Source of the DNA: a virus
Lineage: Duplodnaviria > Caudoviricetes
IMG/VR virus record: IMGVR_UViG_3300016474_000132
Location: 1 to 45,902 of that record
Reading direction: 5' to 3' (one strand)
Length of the DNA: 45,902 nt
The position numbers and the translations under genes were made by a program. Positions 24,201 to 33,615 of this stretch are shown here, piece after piece. Under the pieces are notes generated by a model. The model was given only the letters and a program-made list of their open reading frames with translations, had not been told where the DNA came from and made no database searches. How positions within the stretch are numbered: the first letter of the stretch is position 1; every line of letters begins with the position of its first letter.

Positions 24201-26500
24201 CAGGTACCTTTCAGGCCTTGCATGGTCTCGGCCAAGTGGATGGCGCGAATGCGGACCTTCGTCGCCACGCGGATCTCAAAGGTGTCGGCCCTATACCCAG
24301 TAGGCATACGGAAGGGCTCACTGCTGGTCAGCGACCGCGTGAACACCAGCTCCTTGTTTACGAACAGCTGGAACAGCACATCCGGGTCGTCACCTATCAG
24401 GGGAGTCAAGCTGCTGGTAGCCAGGGTCAGCTCATTGGCCATGCTGGTGGCCAGCGCCCCCATCGGGTTGGTGCCGCCTGCGATCAGGGCGGCATTTGCA
24501 GCCACGATGGCCGCGTTCTGCGCAGCAATCTGCTCGGCGCTCTCGGTGTCGCCGTAATCTGCGATCACCCGAGCCGCGCCCATATTGATCGGGGATTTGG
24601 TCGTGAAGACCTTAGACTTCCAATCGAGAGTGGCTGCCGGAGCCTGTGGAGCGTTCCACAGGTACACAACCCCGTCGTGGGCGTAGTAGAACGCATCCTC
24701 CGCTGCCCGGTAGTGCGCAGCGGTAAACTGGATGTCTGTCTCGACGAGGTGCCCACCGATCTGGTCGTTGCGCTCGAACAGGAACGTGTTGGTGCCGTCC
24801 GACCCGAAGTAGCGACCCCGATAGTACGCACCGTAGAGCGCCGAAGGGGTCACCGCGATAGGCCATGTAGTCCAACTATGGACGTTTTTGGTCAGATAGT
24901 CAGTGCCTATCGACGTCGAGTACACCGCCAGACCGCCGGCCGATGACCACACCACACCAAAGCCGATGTTGATCACCGAACGCTTGGACACGCAGGGCAG
25001 GATGTAATCGGTGCGGGCGGCAGACATGGCTGCCGGGTTGTTGCCGTCGAGTTTCCACGGCGTGCGGTCGGTCAGCGCCAACAGCGTAGTGCCGAAAGCA
25101 GCCAGCGAGACGATCTCGGCATCCACCTGTCGGCGATACTTGATCGGCCACGCATGAGGCTTGCCGGGCTCGCTGAAGCAGATGGTGTTGCCGAAGAAGC
25201 CCACCAGCATGTTGTTGTGGATCGCCAGCAGCCCCTGCATATTGTCCGGCGGCGGGTCGTAGTCCTCGGATTCGAGCAGCTCATCCAGCGTCGAAACGTC
25301 GACGTCATCCACGAAGGTCGTGGTGCCCAGGTCGACTTCGCCCACCTTGAAGTAGAACGTACCGCTGACGCCTACGACCGAGCGGTAAATCCGCACCTTC
25401 ATGCCTGTAGTGTTGTAGCCTGCGCCGTGCGTCCAGCTCGAAGGCAGTCCAGAGATGGTGACGGTCTGTCCCTCCTTGACGAAGATGGTTTCCGAAGGCT
25501 CGGATGGCACCGACTCCTCATCCCACTGGGAGTAGTAGGTAAACACGTAGGTGCGAGGCAGCGTGCTGCCGGCCAGCTCGACAGTGCCTTGATTGACCCG
25601 GACGACTTGGCCCAGCGGAGCTGTCGTCTCACTTGTGGTGCTGACCACGGCGCCAGGGCTGGAATACGTGAACGACGACGTGGTAGGCGTCGACAACACA
25701 CGCGCGCTGGTGGTGTTAAACGAGGCGTTGTCTATGTTCGTCAGGGTGACGTAGTCCCCCACCGCCAGGGTATGCACAGCCGTGGTGACGATGGTTGCGA
25801 CACCGGAGGCATCCCGCGCATAGGACGAAACCGTCTTGGCGGTGAACCCGGAGTCGGTCGTCTCGGTCGTAGTCGCCACCTGCCCACCGAAGTTGAAGTA
25901 GGTGAACGTAGTGCTGTTGACGACCGTGACCGGCGTGTTCGTCAGGTTGAACGTGTTGTCATCCACCTTGCTGATGGTGACGTAGTCCCCGGTGGTCAGC
26001 CCGTGCGCAGCGGCCGTGACGATAGTGGCTGTGTTGCCAGCATCGCGTGCGTAGGTCGACACCTTGGCCGTCGTGAACGTGGTGGCAGTGGCCACTGGCG
26101 TGGCGGCCGGCAGGGGCAGGCCCAGCGTGTAGCTCTGCGTCGGGTACTGCGAGCCTGATGTGGCCAAGTCGTAATTGGTGACCTTGGGGGCGCCATCGCC
26201 GGTGTAGTAGATGCGCTGGGTCGTGTCGCCCTCGAGCTGTGCCCGAGCCACGTCGACGTCGGTAGTCCAGTGCAGCCACTTCAGCTCACCCGTGCTGGTG
26301 TCGACCAGTGGGTAGATCGTCTTGATCGTGCCGGGCTTGTCCAGCGCAGCAACCGGCGCAGGAAGCCGGTAGGGCTGCAGGTCGCCCGAGGAAAGCTCGA
26401 GGTTGAACGCGTACTGGCCGACGGTATCCGGCAGCAGCTCCGGGGATATCTTTGGTGCGACTCCGAAAAATTTTGCCAGTTTGATCGCGGTGCCGGCCAT
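24200..26500 (-). CDS. tail tubular protein B / stabilization (nozzle) protein with a duplicated inserted beta module
   Basis: F.GVAPKISPELLP, RTYVFTYYSQWDEESVPS, RIYRS, CFSEPGKPHAWP, WKSKVF; two copies of a HGLTTGDYVTI-type module. Confidence 0.75.
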   Translation of the reverse strand: MAGTAIKLAKFFGVAPKISPELLPDTVGQYAFNLELSSGDLQPYRLPAPVAALDKPGTIKTIYPLVDTSTGELKWLHWTTDVDVARAQLEGDTTQRIYYTGDGAPKVTNYDLATSGSQYPTQSYTLGLPLPAATPVATATTFTTAKVSTYARDAGNTATIVTAAAHGLTTGDYVTISKVDDNTFNLTNTPVTVVNSTTFTYFNFGGQVATTTETTDSGFTAKTVSSYARDASGVATIVTTAVHTLAVGDYVTLTNIDNASFNTTSARVLSTPTTSSFTYSSPGAVVSTTSETTAPLGQVVRVNQGTVELAGSTLPRTYVFTYYSQWDEESVPSEPSETIFVKEGQTVTISGLPSSWTHGAGYNTTGMKVRIYRSVVGVSGTFYFKVGEVDLGTTTFVDDVDVSTLDELLESEDYDPPPDNMQGLLAIHNNMLVGFFGNTICFSEPGKPHAWPIKYRRQVDAEIVSLAAFGTTLLALTDRTPWKLDGNNPAAMSAARTDYILPCVSKRSVINIGFGVVWSSAGGLAVYSTSIGTDYLTKNVHSWTTWPIAVTPSALYGAYYRGRYFGSDGTNTFLFERNDQIGGHLVETDIQFTAAHYRAAEDAFYYAHDGVVYLWNAPQAPAATLDWKSKVFTTKSPINMGAARVIADYGDTESAEQIAAQNAAIVAANAALIAGGTNPMGALATSMANELTLATSSLTPLIGDDPDVLFQLFVNKELVFTRSLTSSEPFRMPTGYRADTFEIRVATKVRIRAIHLAETMQGLKGT

Positions 26501-26967
26501 TACCCGTTCTCCCTAGCAGCTAGGTATGCCGCGTGTGCGGCTTCTGGCGTAGAGAAAGTGCCTAGTTTTTTGCACACCCCGCCAGTCGTTATCTGGGCTG
26601 CCCACTTTTTACCTGCGCGGATCACCCCTCTAAAGCCGCTTGTGTTGTTGGCATACATGCGGCAGTTGCGCTTGTTGACGCTCTGTGGCACATCCCGTAG
26701 ATTTTCGATGCGGTCGTCGGAAGGGTCGCGGTTGATATGGTCTATCTGATGCGCAGGCCACTCCCCGGTAACATACAACCACGCAAGCCTGTTGGTGCGG
26801 TAGGCTCTACCGCCAACTTTAAGCTGGTGATAACCTTTAGACACCTCGTATCCAGCGCGGCTCCACGGGAGCTGACCGCCCTGCGCAAAGCGACGGTAGA
26901 AGTGCCCGGTCTCGCGGTCGTAATAAAACCGTGCGCGTAGCTCGTCGGCGGTCAGCATATCGGCCAT
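26500..26967 (-). CDS. HNH-AP2 homing endonuclease
   Basis: FYYDRETGHF, RLAWLYVTGEWP..IDHINRDPSDDRIENLR, NNTSGFRGV..WAAQI..LGTFSTPEAAHAAY. Confidence 0.92.
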   Translation of the reverse strand: MADMLTADELRARFYYDRETGHFYRRFAQGGQLPWSRAGYEVSKGYHQLKVGGRAYRTNRLAWLYVTGEWPAHQIDHINRDPSDDRIENLRDVPQSVNKRNCRMYANNTSGFRGVIRAGKKWAAQITTGGVCKKLGTFSTPEAAHAAYLAARENG

Positions 26968-26975
26968 ACGTTACC

Positions 26976-27701
26976 TCAAGCCTTCTTGACCGGGCCGCCG
27001 CAGGCGTACTTGGTCGACTTCGGGGTGGACTTCACCATGCCGCCGTTGCGGAACTCCATACCCGACTCGTCTTGGTTGAAGCGGGTGCGCGAGCGCGGAC
27101 TGGCCTCTGCCCGGGACATCGGCGGCTTAGATGCTGCTGGCGGTGGGGTGTTACGGCCCAGGCGAGGCGCGGGCGGGTTGGTGCCCACACGAGGCATTGC
27201 AGGCGCAGGGGCGGGGCCGGGCAGACCAGCCGAGCGAGCAGTGCTGGGGCCGCCCAGACGAGCAGCCTGTTTCATACCCTGCAGCGCGCGGGGAACCGCT
27301 TCCAGCGCACGCCCACCGCCCATGACCGGGACAAACACCGGGCGGCCGGGAGCCGGGGTGTCGCTGTAGGTGCCCGCCTCGCGGATGCCCTGCATGGCGG
27401 CGTCGATGCGCTCGGCGCGAGCGTCGGTGTTGCGCATGGCGGCACCAGTACCAGCCGGGGTGCCCATAGAGTCAGCGCGGCGCATCGAGGTGCCAGTGCC
27501 TGCAGGTGTGCCCGTCGACGGACGAGCCATCGGAGTGGACTTGGGACGGGACGACACAACCGGTGCCGCCTTGGCGGCAGGGGCGGCGGTGGAGGGCGCG
27601 GCCTCGTTGGTGCGCATGAAGGCGCGTGCGCGCTCGTAGGTGTCGGAACCGAAGCGACCGCCTTCAGGGATCGTGCCAGCGGGTTCGTCGATAAAAGCCA
27701 T
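26976..27701 (-). CDS. low-complexity basic hypothetical protein
   Basis: 241 aa, RBS AAGGAG, Pro/Ala/Arg rich, duplicated GTPAGTG, ends YACGGPVKKA. Confidence 0.65.
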   Translation of the reverse strand: MAFIDEPAGTIPEGGRFGSDTYERARAFMRTNEAAPSTAAPAAKAAPVVSSRPKSTPMARPSTGTPAGTGTSMRRADSMGTPAGTGAAMRNTDARAERIDAAMQGIREAGTYSDTPAPGRPVFVPVMGGGRALEAVPRALQGMKQAARLGGPSTARSAGLPGPAPAPAMPRVGTNPPAPRLGRNTPPPAASKPPMSRAEASPRSRTRFNQDESGMEFRNGGMVKSTPKSTKYACGGPVKKA

Positions 27702-27727
27702 GGTGGAGCTCCTTTGTTGGATTGTAC

Positions 27728-27895
27728 TCAGCGAGCACGCTTGTCTGCAATGGACCAGATGAGCCCGGCCAGCGCAGCAATGCCGCCAGCGATGGTCTCA
27801 ATGGTCGCGCCGTCAACGCCGTACTTGACAGCGATGCCGCCGCCAACAGCGGTGAGGATGTGCCGCACGACTGCGGCAACGATAGAGGCGTTCAT
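27728..27895 (-). CDS. putative holin (55 aa, two hydrophobic segments)
   Basis: MNASIVAAVVRHILTAVGGGIAVKYGVDGATIETIAGGIAALAGLIWSIADKRAR; ATGA overlap with the endolysin; not in the ORF track. Confidence 0.75.
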   Translation of the reverse strand: MNASIVAAVVRHILTAVGGGIAVKYGVDGATIETIAGGIAALAGLIWSIADKRAR

Positions 27896-28278
27896 GGGTA
27901 GGCCTTTCGGTTGAGTTGGAAGTGGGGCATGTCAACGAACGAAGTCCATGTGCCACCCCACTCAAGTGCGACGTTGAACTCCTTGGCCGCCATCAGCATG
28001 GCCGTGGCGATCGGGGGAAACAGTGGGCCATCCCAGCGCAGCTTGCCGCCAATGACCGGGGCTAGGTCAACAGCGTGCCCGGTGAGGTGCCGGCTGTTCA
28101 GCGTGCGCGATGCCCCAGCCGCGACAAGCTCTTTCTGCCGCTGCAGGGTGCGCAGCCCCTCGACAACCATGAAGTCCGTCGGGGTGAGCTCGATGGCGCG
28201 CTTGACCACCTTGACTAGGTCTGGGTGGACCCCGACGAGTCGGCTCAGGGAGCGCATAGACAGTCGATAGGCGCGCAT
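27892..28278 (-). CDS. endolysin, peptidase M15 family (L-Ala-D-Glu peptidase-like)
   Basis: EGLRT..RQ..L, SRHLTGHAVDL, EWGGTW..FVDMPHFQL. Confidence 0.9.
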   Translation of the reverse strand: MRAYRLSMRSLSRLVGVHPDLVKVVKRAIELTPTDFMVVEGLRTLQRQKELVAAGASRTLNSRHLTGHAVDLAPVIGGKLRWDGPLFPPIATAMLMAAKEFNVALEWGGTWTSFVDMPHFQLNRKAYP

Positions 28279-28282
28279 AGCC

Positions 28283-29314
28283 TCACTCCCAATGGATGTT
28301 TACGGAGCCGCCATCAAATACGTCAGTTCCGTTTAGGGTGGTTATGCGGACCGTATCTAGCGCAGGCCCCAGTGACAGCGCGCCTGACGTCAGGAATGTC
28401 GTACCAGTTGGGGTTGATAGCGTACCTGTCGCAACCCACAGCGATGTGTCGTGCTGCGTCAATACGAGCGCACCGTATAAGGCGTCAGCGGCGACGATGC
28501 TTCTAATACCAAAACCAGCCGCAAACACGGTCGTGCCAACTGTAGACGCTATTCCAGACCCAGCGCCGTTATACCCGATGCTGGTGACCCCTGCGTGCCC
28601 AATCTGCACGAGCTTGCTCGACGTGCCGTTAGAGCTAACCCCCACAAACGTAACTGTTATGCGTTTAGCCCAGCTAGGAATATCAGTAAAGTCCACAAAC
28701 GTACCGCTAGCAGCCTTGCTTGTGCCAAACACAATGTTGGCAATCCGCAAGGCTGCCGGGGTCAGTACCCGCGTATTATCTGTGCCAATTATAACCTCTG
28801 CAGGGGTTGCCAACTCTACAACACCTGCGTAGGCGTCTGTGGCCGCCTGCTTCAGGTTGTCAAACGCCGTGGCGGCCGTGCCAGCCCCGGTGCCACCGTC
28901 GGCAATCGCCAGATCAGTTCCGAAGGTGGGCGCCGTGTTGAACGTGTTGGTGCCGGTGAACGTGTTGTTCGACGTGCGGATCAGGTTGGTGGCGTCGACC
29001 ACTTCGGTCTTGAAGTCATCCAGCGCGCCGGCATTGAGGCGCAGCGCGATGGAGTCGCCTGCGTTCCACGAGCGGGCTGTAGTGTTGTCCTGGCCTCGCA
29101 CAACGGTAATGGTGTCAGTCGCGCGGGACGTGACCTTGACGACCTCGCGGTCCAGGCTGGCGTTTTCCAGGGTGGCGTAGAAGTATTCGCCGGCAGCCAA
29201 CGTCGGGAACTTGGCGCCGGTGCCACTGGCCAGCGCCAGCGAGGTGGCTGTGGTGTTGCAGCCCACAGCCAAGGTGCTGAAGGCGAAGTTGGAAAACTTG
29301 ATTCCGATGGGCAT
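28283..29314 (-). CDS. tail fibre protein
   Basis: EVVKVTSRATDTITVVRGQDNT, LAIADGGTGA, AGVVELAT, C-terminal DFTDIPSWAKRITV..FDGGSVNIHWE. Confidence 0.8.
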   Translation of the reverse strand: MPIGIKFSNFAFSTLAVGCNTTATSLALASGTGAKFPTLAAGEYFYATLENASLDREVVKVTSRATDTITVVRGQDNTTARSWNAGDSIALRLNAGALDDFKTEVVDATNLIRTSNNTFTGTNTFNTAPTFGTDLAIADGGTGAGTAATAFDNLKQAATDAYAGVVELATPAEVIIGTDNTRVLTPAALRIANIVFGTSKAASGTFVDFTDIPSWAKRITVTFVGVSSNGTSSKLVQIGHAGVTSIGYNGAGSGIASTVGTTVFAAGFGIRSIVAADALYGALVLTQHDTSLWVATGTLSTPTGTTFLTSGALSLGPALDTVRITTLNGTDVFDGGSVNIHWE

Positions 29315-29322
29315 GGGTCACC

Positions 29323-30027
29323 TCAGACGAACGGTGTCATTTGCACGGACAACGACCGAGCGTTGTAGCCCGTGTTGGCGCGATGGCGGGCGGCGTTGAG
29401 TAGGAAAACCCACTGCTTGCCGTGGTAGGCCGCAGTCGCGGCGGAAGTCTTGTCGGCTTGCGACCAGCTACGCCCCGGCATCAGCAGCAGCTCGTGCAGC
29501 GTGCCATGGAACACCACCCGCCTGAACTCGTCGTGCAGGTAGGTGGGCCACTCAGTGGCGGTCGCCGTGGGGCGCAGGTTGGCGCGCAGGTACAGCGGCA
29601 TGGTGGCCTCTGGCACGGGCGCAACCAGCAGCTCGTCGGGTTCGGCCGTGGTGATGTACATCGGCTGGCCCGCGTCATCCGCAGGCCAGCTCGGGCGCGT
29701 CAGGCGCAGGCTCGACAGCGGGATCCAGCGCAGGGCGATCCGAGAGATGCCATCGGTGGAGATCGACGCCGTCTGCACGTCCGTCACCTCAGCGTAAGCG
29801 TAGGGAGACGCCAGGGGGTAGCTGTACGTCCCCGCTACCAGGGTCACTGGCGTGAGGTCAACCTCCCACACTTTCGCGCGTTGGCACAGGTCCGTGATGA
29901 TCTTGCGGATCGTGCGCTCAATGACCGGGCTGGGGCAGCCAGGGACGAACGCCGAGATGTCGTCGACCATGGTCGAGAACGCGGTAGTGGTTGGCGGAGT
30001 AACCAGCGAAGGGAGAATGATCGTCAT
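29323..30027 (-). CDS. head-tail adaptor / tail tubular protein A-like
   Basis: VPGCPSP.I...I..LC, LLVAPVP, LLLMPGRSWS; position in the tail module. Confidence 0.7.
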   Translation of the reverse strand: MTIILPSLVTPPTTTAFSTMVDDISAFVPGCPSPVIERTIRKIITDLCQRAKVWEVDLTPVTLVAGTYSYPLASPYAYAEVTDVQTASISTDGISRIALRWIPLSSLRLTRPSWPADDAGQPMYITTAEPDELLVAPVPEATMPLYLRANLRPTATATEWPTYLHDEFRRVVFHGTLHELLLMPGRSWSQADKTSAATAAYHGKQWVFLLNAARHRANTGYNARSLSVQMTPFV

Positions 30028-31280
30028 TACTGCACCCTGTAAGTGGCGAAGAACCGAATCGTGCGGGACTGCGCGGAGCCTACTGCCAAGTAGTCCAAAC
30101 GAATCTGATCGTTACTGATATCCTCGTACACAGCCACAGGACTGTAAGTTGCCGCTATTACACCGGCTCCGCCAACAGCTTCAGGGTTACCGTCAAAGTT
30201 GCTGGCAATAGGCAATGAGAACCGCACAACCGTTGGGAACGACGCGGACGCATGCGTTAGCGTCAGCGAACCAAACACCGTAACAACTGCGCCGAGGCCT
30301 CCATTGACCACCACGTAGTTGAACGTAGGCTGCGTGATACTCACGATGTTACTCACAGCCGTCACGGTAGGCGTGTACGTGCCGTGACTCGTGTGCAACA
30401 CGTTGGGGCGAACCATCAAGGTGCCGTTGTTGGCAGCATGCAGCACGATCGCGACCTGCACCGCGCGGCCGAGAGGCTGCACCTTGGTGAGCTTGCCGAC
30501 CTGACTCGGGTGGGCATACAAGACGTCGCCGTCTGCCCAGGTTTCCCCCACCGCGCTGCCCGTAGTGTCGATGCTCCGGACCTTGCCAAAGTGCGTCACG
30601 AAGCCGTCTGCGTTGTTGCCGATCGCTTCTGTGGCGATTCCCATGACATACTCACCAGGGATCGAAGCCATGTCCGCCAACGAGACTAGGATACGCCCTG
30701 AGTTGCCAGTAGTCCCGGCAGCAGCAACCACGGCCCCGTTGGGGATCGCAACGCCAGACTGATTCCGTACGCGGTACACCGTCTCCTGCCCGATTTGCAA
30801 ATTCGGTCCGCCCTCAATCAAGCGCAGGTCCACGGTGCGCTCGTCCGGGTTCCACACCATAGTACCCGGGGTTGTCGGGACATACCCCGCGAACGCAGTA
30901 TCAAAGTTTACGTACGACGTCTGCGACAAGAGCGACGCAGTTATGATGCCGTTGTCGAAACTGCTGCTGTTTATCGAGGTGTTGGCGAGCTGCCCACTGG
31001 AGTCCTGTGGATCTTCCAGCAGGACGTCGATGAGGTTGACAGTCTGGTACCCAACTTTTTCTACCGTTACGTCGTACACCCCGTCGGCTGCGTAGAACTC
31101 AAACGCGCCAGTAGCGCTGGTCAAGAACGGATTTGCTTTAGACGCTGGCGGATCGTCCACGGCGTATATGTTCGCTAGGGTCTGCGAGCCATGGTGCCGC
31201 ACGGTAACCGTAGCAGTGCCAAGCGGGACCAACGCCCCGTTGTAAATGGTTAGTGCGGTATCAGCATACTTCTGCATCAC
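30027..31280 (-). CDS. virion fibre/appendage protein
   Basis: LANIY..KANPFLTSATGAFEFYAADGVYDV N-terminal head-binding-like domain; beta-rich C-terminus. Confidence 0.65.
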   Translation of the reverse strand: MMQKYADTALTIYNGALVPLGTATVTVRHHGSQTLANIYAVDDPPASKANPFLTSATGAFEFYAADGVYDVTVEKVGYQTVNLIDVLLEDPQDSSGQLANTSINSSSFDNGIITASLLSQTSYVNFDTAFAGYVPTTPGTMVWNPDERTVDLRLIEGGPNLQIGQETVYRVRNQSGVAIPNGAVVAAAGTTGNSGRILVSLADMASIPGEYVMGIATEAIGNNADGFVTHFGKVRSIDTTGSAVGETWADGDVLYAHPSQVGKLTKVQPLGRAVQVAIVLHAANNGTLMVRPNVLHTSHGTYTPTVTAVSNIVSITQPTFNYVVVNGGLGAVVTVFGSLTLTHASASFPTVVRFSLPIASNFDGNPEAVGGAGVIAATYSPVAVYEDISNDQIRLDYLAVGSAQSRTIRFFATYRVQ

Positions 31281-31927
31281 TTGCTCCGTTCTTGCTGGCT
31301 GCCGCCAGATTCTGTGTCAGTCAGGGGGCGGTTGTTCACCCCAGCGGCCAGTGCCTCACGGAACGAGGTCTCAAAGGCCTTGGCCCGTGCGTTCTCCGAG
31401 TATTCGGCGTCGACAGACTCCACTAGCCAACCGGTGCCATCGACGATGCAGGGCATGAACGCGTCAGGCAGCGGCACCGTGCCGTCGATGGCCAGGGTGG
31501 CCGGGCTCTTGGCGTAGACAATCGTAGCGGAAGTGCCGAGCGCCACCGGCGCCGGGTAGACATAGAACCGGTTGGGATCACGCGGATACCGCATCCAGTT
31601 GGACGCCGTGGACGTAGCTGTGGCGTCGCTCGGCCAGCTCGGGAACATCAGGTCCAGCGTGTCCTGACTGATCTCCTTGGCCGCGATGCCACCGATTGTG
31701 GTGACGTCCATGAGCCGCATCGAGTCGGCCGGCGCCGACTGCAGCGCGCCAATGGCTAGCGTGATGCTAGCGTGGGTGGTGAACAGGTCGGGCCGCAAGA
31801 CGCAGGCCCGGCGAACCGCTTGGTTGACCTTGCGCACGAGAAAGTCGTCGCTGTAGCGGTACGGGGCCATGGAATCCGAGACCAGATCCCGGACTTCGGT
31901 GATGACTTCAGCGACGGTAAAGCTCAT
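31277..31927 (-). CDS. putative adaptor protein (DUF6682-like)
   Basis: EVITEVRDLVSD...YRYSDDFL...NQA..LRPD, DPNRFYVYP. Confidence 0.65.
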   Translation of the reverse strand: MSFTVAEVITEVRDLVSDSMAPYRYSDDFLVRKVNQAVRRACVLRPDLFTTHASITLAIGALQSAPADSMRLMDVTTIGGIAAKEISQDTLDLMFPSWPSDATATSTASNWMRYPRDPNRFYVYPAPVALGTSATIVYAKSPATLAIDGTVPLPDAFMPCIVDGTGWLVESVDAEYSENARAKAFETSFREALAAGVNNRPLTDTESGGSQQERSK

Positions 31928-31929
31928 GA

Positions 31930-32157
31930 TCAGGTCGGCAGGTTGAAGGAGGCGTCTGCGGACAGCGCCTCGACGTCGATCTTGGCAGGGGCCGGCTTGG
32001 CAGTCTTCTTGAGCTTGACCGGCGGGATGGTCTCGGGTGCCTTGATCTCCTCGGGCGTAGCCTCGACGACCTCTTCAAAGTCGTCGCGGAAGGCGAATGC
32101 CTCCTGCCACACATAGAGGATACCGGAGGGTTTGTGACGAAGCAAGGGTTGGCTCAT
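31930..32157 (-). CDS. small hypothetical protein
   Basis: RBS GGAG before the ATG at 32157; LLRHKPSGILYVW..FEEV. Confidence 0.7.
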   Translation of the reverse strand: MSQPLLRHKPSGILYVWQEAFAFRDDFEEVVEATPEEIKAPETIPPVKLKKTAKPAPAKIDVEALSADASFNLPT

Positions 32158-32173
32158 GGTGTTCTCCAGAAAC

Positions 32174-32195
32174 AAGGGGGCCAAGCGGCCCCCTT
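32174..32195 (-). terminator. hairpin terminator downstream of the capsid genes
   Basis: AAGGGGGCC-AAGC-GGCCCCCTT inverted repeat. Confidence 0.65.
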
Positions 32196-32213
32196 ATTCT
32201 ACGCCTTGGTCAA

Positions 32214-32672
32214 TCAGACCGGGGTAGCCGACGGGGCTTCCAGCAGGGTACCGAAGACGCGGACACGGATCTTGCCGTTGCCCAGGCCAGCGGTGTTCTG
32301 CTGCAGGCGAACGTAGGACGCGGCGCCAGCGTTGACGACGGTGTTGGCGGCGGTAGCCAGCTTCACCAGCTTGGTGCCAGCAGCGGCGTCGGTGGCCCAG
32401 CCAGTCAGGCCGGTGACGTCGGTGCCACCGATCTGGATGTCGACGGTACCGGTAGCGGTGCCCGGGCGGACCACGGTGACAGCGGCGCCCTTGACGATCA
32501 TGCCAGCCAGATTCGGCAGCTCGAAGAAGTCGACGGTGTCAGCAGCGGCGACGGTGTACTTGCCGCCGTCCAGTTCAAAGTCCAGAATGACGTCGCCGGG
32601 GAAGCCGGCTTTGTCGGTGGAGGCGGGGTTCACGCCCTTGGCGCGAAGTTGAGCGATGGTAATTGCAGCCAT
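32214..32672 (-). CDS. putative minor capsid / cement protein
   Basis: 152 aa beta-rich jelly-roll-like sequence, strongly biased codons, follows the MCP apart from the HEG. Confidence 0.65.
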   Translation of the reverse strand: MAAITIAQLRAKGVNPASTDKAGFPGDVILDFELDGGKYTVAAADTVDFFELPNLAGMIVKGAAVTVVRPGTATGTVDIQIGGTDVTGLTGWATDAAAGTKLVKLATAANTVVNAGAASYVRLQQNTAGLGNGKIRVRVFGTLLEAPSATPV

Positions 32673-32675
32673 TTG

Positions 32676-33545
32676 TTACTCCTTGGAGTCTTCAGATTTC
32701 GATTGTTTTGCTCGACCAAGCTGTTTCTCGGACGAACGCTTGTACCCACACAGCTTACACCCACGTTGCGAGTGGCGCAACTTTGCAATCGCCTGCCACT
32801 GCTCGTGGTTGTGCTCGCTGCAGAAAATCAGCACCTTGTCTTGGCTCCGCACCCCAGTCATGTCCTTGGCAGTCCAGCTCGGGTTCGTGTCCGAGACCAG
32901 CTTACGGATGTCGTCCTCGCTGACGGGAACACGCTCGGCCCATCGGGCCTTCTGTGCCTCTCCGCTGCGCTGACGTTCCTCGTCGGTCCAGATGCGATGC
33001 GTCCCGAAATGCACACCATCGACAATGTGAGACTGCCGCGCCTTCACAGCACGCCCAAAAGCCTCGCGCTTCTCCGGGGTCCATGCCGCACGAATCGCGG
33101 CAATGCGGGCTTCGCGATGCTCTGGGTCGGCCCACAGCTCGGCGTTGCGCACTGCGCGGGCGGCGACATGCGCCTTGCCCTCGGGAGTTTGGTTCCATTC
33201 GCGAAGCGAAGCGCTTTGCTTGGCCTTTTGCGAGGCCGAAAGCCGAAGCCCTCGATTGCTGGACGCGACCGCGCGCTTGTTGTACGCCGGGAGTAGCGTG
33301 TCAATCCAGTGTTGCTCGCAAGCCAGCAGGTCGTCGAACGACGGATCTACAAGCTCTTGGAGAACTTTGAATTGAAACACCTCGCCGCCATACTTGTTGA
33401 ACGAGGCTTGCAGGTGCTTGCTGGGGTGCTTGCCAGCACGTAGCTGCACAAAGTGCTTTAGCCGGCGGCGTTCCAAGTTTACCGAGGAGCCGACGTACAG
33501 CTTGCTGTTGACCGTGTTGACGATAGCGTAGATGCCGCTTGGCAT
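32676..33545 (-). CDS. GIY-YIG homing endonuclease
   Basis: SGIYAIVNTVNSKLYVGSSVNLERR..H..LQASFNKYG..EQHWID..YN; NUMOD-like repeats; C-terminal C..H / GCKLC; RBS GAGAGG. Confidence 0.92.
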   Translation of the reverse strand: MPSGIYAIVNTVNSKLYVGSSVNLERRRLKHFVQLRAGKHPSKHLQASFNKYGGEVFQFKVLQELVDPSFDDLLACEQHWIDTLLPAYNKRAVASSNRGLRLSASQKAKQSASLREWNQTPEGKAHVAARAVRNAELWADPEHREARIAAIRAAWTPEKREAFGRAVKARQSHIVDGVHFGTHRIWTDEERQRSGEAQKARWAERVPVSEDDIRKLVSDTNPSWTAKDMTGVRSQDKVLIFCSEHNHEQWQAIAKLRHSQRGCKLCGYKRSSEKQLGRAKQSKSEDSKE

Positions 33546-33576
33546 GATGGACCTCTCAGTGGTTAGACAGATCGGT

Positions 33577-33606
33577 ATCATACTACAGGTCTACGCTATT
33601 CGCCAA
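33577..33606 (-). promoter_or_regulatory. possible sigma70 promoter for the GIY-YIG gene
   Basis: TTGGCG-18 nt-TATGAT on the minus strand. Confidence 0.4.
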
Positions 33607-33615
33607 CAAAACAGC

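Noticed and set aside
32676-33615. Group I intron around the GIY-YIG gene
   Set aside because: The flanking MCP and cement genes look complete and the non-coding flanks are too short for a ribozyme core.
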